Assembly: GCA_036519915.1 (NCBI GenBank)
Contig: DATDKQ010000241.1
Coordinates: 1 to 35,363 of the forward strand
DNA length: 35,363 nt
Reading direction: 5' to 3'
Source: Solirubrobacterales bacterium
GTDB taxonomy: Bacteria > Actinomycetota > Thermoleophilia > Solirubrobacterales > 70-9
This document shows positions 22,476-29,938 of the stretch, one piece after another. Every line of letters begins with the position of its first letter. The stretch's first letter is position 1. The position numbers were made by a program, and so were the translations under genes. Below the pieces are notes generated by a model. It saw only the letters and a program-made list of their open reading frames with translations. It ran no database searches and was not told the origin of the DNA.

Positions 22476-24544
22476 AGCAGGTCGACCTGCCAGCGAAGGA
22501 TGCCACCGGGGCGATCGAAGACGTCCTTCTCGCTGCGATGCGAATAGAAGACACCGTCCAGGGCTGCCCGGCTGGCACGCGAGTAGGTGAAGCCGGAGCC
22601 GTCATCTCGGAAGATCGCGGGGCGGAAGAGCTCGGTCGAGAGATCGAAGTCCGTTTTGCTGATCAGGAACACCTGTGGGTTGCCGATCCGGCTCACATGC
22701 TTGGCCTCCGTCGTCGCGATCAGCGCCTCGCCGACGTCGGTGAGCGTGCGAACGGGGTTGCCTGCCCATCCGACCACCCTCGGGTCGAGCCGCTCCCCCT
22801 TCGGGCTGGCGAAGAAGCGGGCACCGGTTCGTCGAGCGAGCAGGTCCTCCAGCTCGCCTGACGCCCCGCCGAGCCAGTCGTCCGCCCCCCAGAAGAGCTC
22901 GTCCTTGGTGATGAACACATCTGTCTGGCGGTGGCAAGCCTGCGCCATACGCTGGTAGGGGCCGAGGTCGACATCCGGCTCGGGATTCGTCGCTTCCCTC
23001 CAGCTCATTCCATCGTCCGGGGAGCGCCAGACGCGACACTCGTTCTGGCGGTCTCCTGAGCTGAGCCACCAGACACTCGTCTCGTACGGATCGGGGACGA
23101 GGGTGTGGAAGTGCCTGATCTCGGGCCAGTCCTTCTCGAAGCTGATGCTCCAGGTCTCGCCGTCGTCGGTGGACCGGTAGACGCGGCTACTCATCGGCGG
23201 CTCGTCATCGGGGCCCAGCTCCTCGCCGCGACCGATCCGATACTTGTTGACGTTGTCGGGGTACTCGGCGAACATGATCACCCCGTTTCTCTCGCCGATC
23301 GCCCCGCGTGCGTGCCAGCTCGATCGGGCCAGCTCTTGGCGATCGAGCAGGGTCCAGTCACGGGAGAAGCGCAGCAGCACCGGGCTCTGCCCCTGATCGG
23401 CGAGGGCGTGCAACAGATGAGTTCCATGCGAGGTGGTGAAGCAGCTTCGGGTGTTCAGCCCCTTGACCGCCGGCAGCGAGACGTGGTGCCAGTCGAAGCC
23501 GTTGTCCTCGGAGACGGCAACGCCGTCCGAATAAGTGGCGATCACCGTGGGAGTGGCCTTTTGTCCCACCTCGTCCCAGACGTGCTCTCCGAAGCGGCCG
23601 GTCCTGGCATCGCTGGGAAGAGTGAGACGGATAACCACCCGCGAGAAGCCAAAGGCGGGGTCGACGGGCACCGAGTGGACCAGCTCGTCCGCGGGCCGCT
23701 TGAGCGGAGTCAGCATCTTGGGCGGGTCGTGTCCCGCCCCCGGCCGGTGTCGCGACCGCCGCAGGCGCAGCGGCACGGAGGTCGCGGTGCGACCCAAGCT
23801 GCGCAACCGCCGCGAGCCGGCCGTCCATGCGGCGGCGGCAAGGCCCCCCGGTCTGCGGCCGACGAACCATTCGTTGACCTGGCCGGCGGGCACGTCCTCG
23901 ACGTAGACGTGCATCGGCTCGAAGCCCGCTCGCCCGATGGCCTCGACCAGCCATTGCCGTCCGACCCTGATGTCCAGCAGGCCGTGGTCGTCGGGCAGGT
24001 ACTCGAAATAGTCAGCCCGGGCCTCGATCTCGCGGTGCGTGCGGGGCGGGTCCGCTCCCTCCTCGATCCGGTCGGAGCCGATGTGGGTGAAGAACATCCC
24101 CCCGGGCGCGATCACCCGAGCCAGCTCGCCCAGGGCCTGCTCCTGCTCCAGGAAGTAATCAAACAGCAGGATCGAGTAGGCGCCGCAGAACGACGCACTC
24201 TCGAATTCCCGAAGGTCTCGCACATCCACCCCCTCCTGATGCTCCGGGCCGTAATCGCCGTACAACGAAACGGATTTGATTGATATCCCATGGTCGATCA
24301 ACGTCCGCTCGCTGTCAGTGGGAGCAAAGGCAAGGATCGGGGCACGGGCAGCGAGCGACTGGTCGATCGCCGGCCAGACGATCTCCTCCATCACCGGGCC
24401 CAGGCTTCGCGTCCGTGCGCGCTGGTTGCAGCTCGGGCAGTTCTCTCCGTCGGCCACCGTCTCAATCGGATCGCCGCAGATCGGACACGAGCTCAGCCTC
24501 AGGCGTCGACTGCTGATCGCTTCGGAACCCCCGCTCGCCCTCAT
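22472..24544 (-). CDS. Fusion protein: Zn-ribbon + methyltransferase-like domain + BNR/Asp-box beta-propeller
   Basis: ATG 24544 is preceded by GAGAGGGA; the track start at 24574 is a TTG. The Zn-ribbon is CPICGD...CPSCNQ. The MTase-like part is ILAFAPTD...VIAPGGMFFTHI. Asp-box repeats are VSEDNGFDW, STDDGETWS and SPDDGMSWR. No signal peptide is present. Confidence 0.75.
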   Translation of the reverse strand: MRASGGSEAISSRRLRLSSCPICGDPIETVADGENCPSCNQRARTRSLGPVMEEIVWPAIDQSLAARAPILAFAPTDSERTLIDHGISIKSVSLYGDYGPEHQEGVDVRDLREFESASFCGAYSILLFDYFLEQEQALGELARVIAPGGMFFTHIGSDRIEEGADPPRTHREIEARADYFEYLPDDHGLLDIRVGRQWLVEAIGRAGFEPMHVYVEDVPAGQVNEWFVGRRPGGLAAAAWTAGSRRLRSLGRTATSVPLRLRRSRHRPGAGHDPPKMLTPLKRPADELVHSVPVDPAFGFSRVVIRLTLPSDARTGRFGEHVWDEVGQKATPTVIATYSDGVAVSEDNGFDWHHVSLPAVKGLNTRSCFTTSHGTHLLHALADQGQSPVLLRFSRDWTLLDRQELARSSWHARGAIGERNGVIMFAEYPDNVNKYRIGRGEELGPDDEPPMSSRVYRSTDDGETWSISFEKDWPEIRHFHTLVPDPYETSVWWLSSGDRQNECRVWRSPDDGMSWREATNPEPDVDLGPYQRMAQACHRQTDVFITKDELFWGADDWLGGASGELEDLLARRTGARFFASPKGERLDPRVVGWAGNPVRTLTDVGEALIATTEAKHVSRIGNPQVFLISKTDFDLSTELFRPAIFRDDGSGFTYSRASRAALDGVFYSHRSEKDVFDRPGGILRWQVDLL

Positions 24545-24645
24545 GAACCAATCCCTCTCACCGGTCAGCGGCAAGCGTAGTTCATGGGATCCGAGATCAG
24601 CACCTAACCTTCTGGGCAGCCGCGGGTGGGGACGCAGAGCTGCCG
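24545..24645. promoter_or_regulatory. Divergent intergenic region expected to hold promoters for 22472-24544(-) and the 24646-29654(+) block
   Basis: Inferred from the divergent arrangement. The region contains a ggcagc...gctgcc inverted repeat (24617-24643) just upstream of ATG 24646. No promoter boxes were assigned. Confidence 0.3.
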
Positions 24646-25974
24646 ATGACGAGGGGAACCGAGAAGAGAGGCGATCAGCGGGTTGGGGCCGGGGCGCCCG
24701 CGCTCATCATCGTTCGCAGCCCCGCGACCCACAACTCGAGGGAGCTCCGGGAGGCGCACACCCTGCGGAAGCTCGGATACCGGCCTCGGATCCTCGGGGT
24801 GGTCTCCGAGCAGGTCCGTGAGCGCCAGGCGACGGTCCAGGGGATCCCGGTCACCAGGCTGTCGCCCACCTCACCCTTCTCCTGGGTGAGGATGCGGCTC
24901 GGTAGGTCTCGGTCCGCGAGCACCGCCGGCCCCGGCACCGCCGGCTCGCCCTCGCGGGACGCCGACGCGGGCATGGCAATGTCGCTCGCCGTCCGCGTGC
25001 ACCGCTGGTTTCGGACGATCGACTTCTACCGCCGCGCCGTGGCCGCGGTTCGAGACCTGCGGCCGGCTCTGATCCACTGCAACGACTACAACACGATGTG
25101 GGTGGGCGTGGCCGCCCGCCTGATGGGCGGCACCGCCGTCGTCTATGACTCTCACGAGTTGTGGGCAGATAGGAATTTGCGGCCGGAGCCGCGCTGGTGG
25201 CTGCTCGCCTGCGAGTTCCTGTTCGTTCGCTGCGCTCATCGGACGATCACGGCAAGTCCGGGCTACGCCGAGATCATGGCCCGCCGCTACCGGATACCGC
25301 CGCCGCAGGTGATCCGCAACATTCCAGCCGATGTCCCCCCGGACGGCTCAGCGGCCGGCGACGTTAGGGAGCGCCCGGCGGATCCTTCACGGGCCGACGG
25401 CGAGCCGGTCGCCGTGTATGTGGGGGCGCTGACCAGCGGTCGCGGGCTCGAGGTCTCGATCCAGGCGCTGGCGCATGTCCCCGGGGCAAGGCTGCGGCTG
25501 GTCGGGCCCTCCCATGACCGCTACCGAGCGGAGCTTGGCGAGCTGGCGCGCCGCGAGGGGGTTGCCGACCGCGTCGAGCTGGCCGCGGCCGTCCCGCCCG
25601 AGCGGCTCCTCGATGCCATCCGCGACGCCAGCGTCGGACTGGTGCTGATCCAGCCGGTCTGCCTCTCCTACCGGATGAGCCTCCCCAACAAGCTGTTCGA
25701 GTACGTCGCGGCCGGAGTCCCGGTGCTGGGGAGCGACCTGCCCTCGATCGGCCGCCTCATCAACGAACATCAGATCGGCTTGGTCGCTCAACCCGATCAG
25801 GTGGGGGATATTGCCGCGAAGCTGAGTGAGATGCTGCAACCCAGTCGCAACGACGAGTTCCGGCTGGCGGTCCGCGCGGCGGCCGACCGGCTGCGCTGGT
25901 CGAGCGAGTCGCGGTTGCTGGCCGACACCTACATCCAGGCCGCAGCCCGGGCCCGTGACCCAGCGCCCGCTTGA
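24646..25974 (+). CDS. GT4-family glycosyltransferase
   Basis: ALIIVRSPATHNSRELREAHTL, LIHCNDYNTMWVG, VYDSHELW, VAVYVGALTSGRGLE, LPNKLFEYVAAGVPVLGSDLPSI. Confidence 0.85.
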   Translation: MTRGTEKRGDQRVGAGAPALIIVRSPATHNSRELREAHTLRKLGYRPRILGVVSEQVRERQATVQGIPVTRLSPTSPFSWVRMRLGRSRSASTAGPGTAGSPSRDADAGMAMSLAVRVHRWFRTIDFYRRAVAAVRDLRPALIHCNDYNTMWVGVAARLMGGTAVVYDSHELWADRNLRPEPRWWLLACEFLFVRCAHRTITASPGYAEIMARRYRIPPPQVIRNIPADVPPDGSAAGDVRERPADPSRADGEPVAVYVGALTSGRGLEVSIQALAHVPGARLRLVGPSHDRYRAELGELARREGVADRVELAAAVPPERLLDAIRDASVGLVLIQPVCLSYRMSLPNKLFEYVAAGVPVLGSDLPSIGRLINEHQIGLVAQPDQVGDIAAKLSEMLQPSRNDEFRLAVRAAADRLRWSSESRLLADTYIQAAARARDPAPA

Positions 25975-25979
25975 GCGAC

Positions 25980-26813
25980 ATGGCAGCCTCGACCCTCCGC
26001 ATCAAGCCCCGCCTCGCGAGGACCCTCTCAGGGGGACGCTGGGACGAGTACCGGCGGTTCCTGCACACGGCGCGCGAGCACGGTTACCGCGTCGTCGCGC
26101 TCGAGGAATGGGTCAGGGAGAGCCAGCCAGACGGGGTGGAACCCATCCTGATCCTGCGGCATGACGTCGATCAGCATCCCCGCTCCGCGCTGGCGATGGC
26201 AGCGATCGAGGAGGAGCTCGGCGTCCGTTCCTCCTGGTACTTCCGCTGGCGAACGGCGCACCCGCTGGTAATTGGGGCGGTCAGGGGCCGCGGCTTCGAT
26301 GTGGGACTCCACTACGAGACCCTGACCCGCAAGGCGCTCGAGCAGAAGGAGTTCGACGGGGTCGACGACTCCCTGCTGGCGGAGAGCCGGCGCGAGCTGC
26401 GAGAGGAGATCGCGGCCTTTGCCCGCCTCTTCGGACCGATCAGGTGTGCGGTGCCCCACGGCGACAGCCGCATTCCTGCGGTTCACAATGGCGAGTTGCT
26501 GCAGGACCGAGATTGCGACGAATATGGGATCGAGTTCGACGGCAACGAGGCCATGAACGGGCGAGACCTCGGCTACTGGCTGACCGACCGCAGCTCCGCC
26601 GAGGGCGGCTGGCGGGAAGGCATCGACCCGGCGGAGCTCTTCGCCTCAGGAACCACGCCCATCCTCTGCCTCACGCATCCCAACAACTGGGCGTCAGGAC
26701 CCAGCCTGTGGCTCGATCGGATGCTGCGGGTTCTGCTGCCGCCGGTGTTGCCCGACTCAAACAGGAGCCGGAACAGACCGATACGAACCGGATCGGATCG
26801 GCCGACGCTATGA
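25980..26813 (+). CDS. Polysaccharide deacetylase-like (CE4-superfamily) protein
   Basis: ILILRHDVDQHPRSALAMAAIEEELGVRSSWYF...GFDVGLHYE matches the divergent 'RHDVD' deacetylase pattern. Start is ATG 25980, or TTG 25971 in a TTGA overlap with the upstream stop. Confidence 0.68.
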   Translation: MAASTLRIKPRLARTLSGGRWDEYRRFLHTAREHGYRVVALEEWVRESQPDGVEPILILRHDVDQHPRSALAMAAIEEELGVRSSWYFRWRTAHPLVIGAVRGRGFDVGLHYETLTRKALEQKEFDGVDDSLLAESRRELREEIAAFARLFGPIRCAVPHGDSRIPAVHNGELLQDRDCDEYGIEFDGNEAMNGRDLGYWLTDRSSAEGGWREGIDPAELFASGTTPILCLTHPNNWASGPSLWLDRMLRVLLPPVLPDSNRSRNRPIRTGSDRPTL

Positions 26814-27586
26814 GGGACAACGACTTCGCTCCGATCGCCGACTCGCTTCGGCGACGCGTGCTCGAGTTCTACGCCGAGCACGGCGAGCGCCTTGACGGCG
26901 CGGCCGGCACCAATACGCTGGAGACGAATTCGGGGTTCGTCGAGCGACGGGCGGCGCCCCTGATGGAAATCATCAACCAGAGCACCGGGCGGGGCTCGAT
27001 CGAAGGGCTGCGGCTGCTCGATCTGGGCTGCGGCTTCGGTGCCCTCTCCGTCTACTTCGCGGCGCAGGGGGCGATCGTCACCGGCGTTGATCCAATCGAG
27101 TCCCGCCTACAGGTGGGCAGCTCGGTGGCGGCCGAGCACGATCTTGCTGCGGAGTTCAGGCACGGCTGGATGGAGGACCTGGATCTGGACGACGAGGCCT
27201 TCGATCTGGCCGTCCAGAACAACAGCCTCTGCTACATCGTCTCCCGCGAAGACCGCCGAGCTGCGCTCGCGGAAACCCGCCGGGTGTTGAAGCCGGGCGG
27301 ATCGCTGGCGATCAGGAATCCCAACCGCTGGAACCCGCTGGACCAGTTCACGGGACTTCCTTTGATCCACCTTTTCCCACCTGGCCAGACGGCGCGTCTG
27401 GCGAAGCTGCTCGGACGCCCGCGATCGGAGGTTCGGCTGGCCTCCTCACCCGAGGCCACCCGGGAGCTGCGCCAGGCCGGCTTCGTCGGCGTCGCCCACG
27501 TTGCCTCGCCGGCGAGCAGCTGGCCGGCCATGATGAAGCCGTTCGCCCGTTACCAGCATCTGACCGCACGGAGACCGAGTGACTGA
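26810..27586 (+). CDS. Class I SAM-dependent methyltransferase
   Basis: ATG 26810 overlaps the upstream stop (ATGA); the track start at 26444 is an off-frame-looking extension inside the upstream gene. Motifs are LRLLDLGCGFGALSVYFAAQGAIVTGVDP, FDLAVQNNSLCYI and VLKPGGSLAI. Confidence 0.85.
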   Translation: MRDNDFAPIADSLRRRVLEFYAEHGERLDGAAGTNTLETNSGFVERRAAPLMEIINQSTGRGSIEGLRLLDLGCGFGALSVYFAAQGAIVTGVDPIESRLQVGSSVAAEHDLAAEFRHGWMEDLDLDDEAFDLAVQNNSLCYIVSREDRRAALAETRRVLKPGGSLAIRNPNRWNPLDQFTGLPLIHLFPPGQTARLAKLLGRPRSEVRLASSPEATRELRQAGFVGVAHVASPASSWPAMMKPFARYQHLTARRPSD

Positions 27587-29654
27587 CCGAACCGAGCCTG
27601 CGCGGACCGAGACGGGCGATCCCGTCATCCCGACGGGCGAGCCGGGAACGACGCCGTTCCCCCCCTCGAGCGACCCGGGGGGCACCCCCCTTACGCCCCC
27701 GGACGACGAGCCGGGAATGCAGGAGGCCTTCGGCTATCGACTCAGTCGCGATGCCACCACCTACCTGATGGGTGCGGTCATCACCTTTGTCCTCGCCCTG
27801 GTAAGCATCATCGTGGTGACTCGGTTCCTCAGTCCGGCCGAGTTCGGGGAGCTGGCGCTGCTGATGACCTTTGCGGCGTTCCTGACCGTGATCTACAACG
27901 TGGGCGTCCTGCAGGGGACCTTCTCGTACGTGTTCGGCTCGGCCGGCGAGGAGGAGCTGGACGACGAGCCGGTGGATGCGGCCGCGGCCGGGACCAAGCG
28001 GCGAGCCCTGGGGACGGGCCTGATCACGACTTTCCTCCTGACGACGGCCGGCACCGCGGTGATCGTCGCCTTCGCGCCCTGGTTCGCCGAGCACATCGTC
28101 GGCGGTGGGAAGTCGGGTCTGGTCGTGATCGCCGCCATATCGGGGGCTTCAGGAGCGTGGTGGCGGATGGTCTCAAACATCCTGCGCATGGAGCGCAAGC
28201 CGCGTCGCTACGTGCAGCTCCATGCGGTCAGGCCGATTCTGGTGGTCGGCTGCGTCATCCCTCTGGTGGCGGCCGGCGGCGGCGTGGAGGGGGCGATCCT
28301 CGGCACAGCGATCGGGGGCGTGCTCGCGGTTCTGGTCGGCCTGGTGGTGACCCGCCGGAGCTTCGAGCTGGCGTTCAGCGCCTTCGACGCTCGCATGATC
28401 CTGCGACGCGGGCGCGTCCTGGTGCCGATCGTGATCTCGGTCTGGATCGCGCAGAACGTCGACATCTACTCGCTCTCCTGGTTCGCCAACAAGGATCAGG
28501 TCGGCCTCTATCGCCTGGCGAGCCGATTGGGTGCGTTCCTGGACTACTTCACGGCCGCCCTGTGGATGGCCTGGTCGCCGTTGCGCAGATCCGCAACCTT
28601 CGAAGCAGCGGTCGCCGAGCGAACCAGGGAGGTGTTGAGTGGAAAGCTACTGACCTACTTCGTCATTGCCGGCGCGCTGCTGGTCCTCTTGATGACGGTC
28701 ACTGCCGACACGCTGGTGCGGATCGCCCCGCCGGCCTACTCGGCGGCCGCACCGCTGATTCCGCTGATGGGCACGGCCTTTCTCTGCTACGGCGTACTGG
28801 TCGCCGTCTACCGCCTCTCGACCTATCCTAAGAAATACCCCGTCTACGTCGGGGCTGCGATCACCTCGGCGGGCGTCTTCCTGGCCTCGGCGCTCCTGCT
28901 CGTGCCTTGGCTGGGGGCCTACGGGGCCGGACTCTCCGTGATCACGGGCTTCCTGACCGGCGCGGCGGGGCTCACCTACGTCTATCAGCACGGGCCCAAT
29001 CCCCTGAAGATCGAGTGGGGCAAGATCGCCGCCGCAGTGGCGATCGGGGGCGGTTGCGTGGCACTGGCGCGCGTCCTGGGGCCTCTGGCGGGATCGTTGC
29101 GGCCGGCGGTCGAGCTGGTGGCGCTGGCGATCTTCCCGATCGCGATTCTGCGCTTGGGGATCATCTCGAGCGACGATCGCCGTGCGGTCGGTCGGGTGAT
29201 CCGACAACTGCTCCCCCGGCGCTCGCAGAAGTCGCCACAGATCGACGATCGCGTTCGGTCCTTGGATCCCGACGCCGCGCGCACCCTGGAGATGGTGGCG
29301 GTCCAGGGGTCCCCGATGGCAGGTGTCGCCGACAACCTGGGCATTGAGGTCGACGAACTCGAGATTCGGCTGGTCCGATCGCTGCGCAGCGTCGGCGGGA
29401 CCCGGCCTACGGACGAGGATCAACGCATTGCCGGGTACCTGTTCTCCGATTTGCCGGTGGCCGAGCGCGACGCCATGGCGCGCGCTCTCTGGACCGACGG
29501 GGTCGACCCCGCCGATCTGCATCGCCTCGAGCGCACCCTGGAGGAACTGCGGAAGGTTTCGAAGCAAACCTGGGCAGAGGCGACGTCGGCTGGCGACCAA
29601 GACGCGACGGGGGACCGGGGCCCGGCAGATCACGCCGTCGCGCGCGCTGAATAG
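27579..29654 (+). CDS. Wzx/MOP-superfamily polysaccharide flippase with a ~160-aa cytoplasmic C-terminal extension
   Basis: Many TM helices are visible and the N-terminal signature is RFLSPAEFGELALLMTF. GTG 27579 overlaps the upstream stop by 8 nt; ATG 27717 (MQEAFGYRL) is the alternative start. The hydrophilic tail begins at about nt 29163. Confidence 0.8.
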   Translation: MTDRTEPARTETGDPVIPTGEPGTTPFPPSSDPGGTPLTPPDDEPGMQEAFGYRLSRDATTYLMGAVITFVLALVSIIVVTRFLSPAEFGELALLMTFAAFLTVIYNVGVLQGTFSYVFGSAGEEELDDEPVDAAAAGTKRRALGTGLITTFLLTTAGTAVIVAFAPWFAEHIVGGGKSGLVVIAAISGASGAWWRMVSNILRMERKPRRYVQLHAVRPILVVGCVIPLVAAGGGVEGAILGTAIGGVLAVLVGLVVTRRSFELAFSAFDARMILRRGRVLVPIVISVWIAQNVDIYSLSWFANKDQVGLYRLASRLGAFLDYFTAALWMAWSPLRRSATFEAAVAERTREVLSGKLLTYFVIAGALLVLLMTVTADTLVRIAPPAYSAAAPLIPLMGTAFLCYGVLVAVYRLSTYPKKYPVYVGAAITSAGVFLASALLLVPWLGAYGAGLSVITGFLTGAAGLTYVYQHGPNPLKIEWGKIAAAVAIGGGCVALARVLGPLAGSLRPAVELVALAIFPIAILRLGIISSDDRRAVGRVIRQLLPRRSQKSPQIDDRVRSLDPDAARTLEMVAVQGSPMAGVADNLGIEVDELEIRLVRSLRSVGGTRPTDEDQRIAGYLFSDLPVAERDAMARALWTDGVDPADLHRLERTLEELRKVSKQTWAEATSAGDQDATGDRGPADHAVARAE

Positions 29655-29929
29655 CGGACCGTGCACCCGTCCTCGAGACGAGGCTCCCGGGCGTGTCCGC
29701 TGCTTTTGGCTCGGGTCAGGCTTGCCTGCATCACATGTCGGCTACCGCTTAAGGCTGCTTCCTTCCGGACCTGACCTGGTTCGCAGGCCGACATTGCGCA
29801 GGACCTGGCCGTCAACGCCGCCCGCGGCGGCACTGGCCCCAAGGGCCAGTCCCTCGTAAGGGAATTCAGCTCCGCTTGAGCGGGTTGCGGATTACAGGGC
29901 ACCGCTAATTCCCCGCCTAGCACGGTCCG
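29655..29929 (+). ncRNA. Candidate structured RNA or inverted-repeat-bounded noncoding element (family not recognised)
   Basis: A perfect 10-nt closing inverted repeat pairs cggaccgtgc (29655-29664) with gcacggtccg (29920-29929). Inside it are several hairpins and a three-way junction. Coding potential is poor and G+C is locally lower. The strand is suggested only by G-U pairs. Confidence 0.3.
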
Positions 29930-29938
29930 TGAGTGAGA

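Noticed and set aside
23105-24283. 392-aa plus-strand ORF and the 23358-23954 minus-strand off-frame ORF inside the MTase-BNR gene
   Set aside because: The annotated frame carries the Zn-ribbon, MTase-like and three Asp-box motifs. The alternatives are compositional artefacts.
27348-29666. Minus-strand ORFs 27348-28094 (248 aa) and 28647-29666 (339 aa), and plus-strand off-frame ORFs 28157-28831 and 28907-29347, across the flippase gene
   Set aside because: The flippase frame gives a coherent multi-TM protein. The others are Arg-rich and non-hydrophobic.
29736-29750. ops/JUMPstart-like core on the minus strand (AGCGGTAGCC resembles GGCGGTAG)
   Set aside because: The match is only partial. 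It lies at the 3' ends of two convergent genes rather than in an operon leader, it would direct transcription antisense into the flippase, and RfaH-type ops elements are a proteobacterial feature.
29630-29923. 97-aa minus-strand ORF spanning the 285-nt intergenic region
   Set aside because: It overlaps the flippase 3' end. Third-position G+C is about two-thirds by my count, against the very high values in real genes here. No motifs or SD are present. The region is better explained as structured noncoding sequence.
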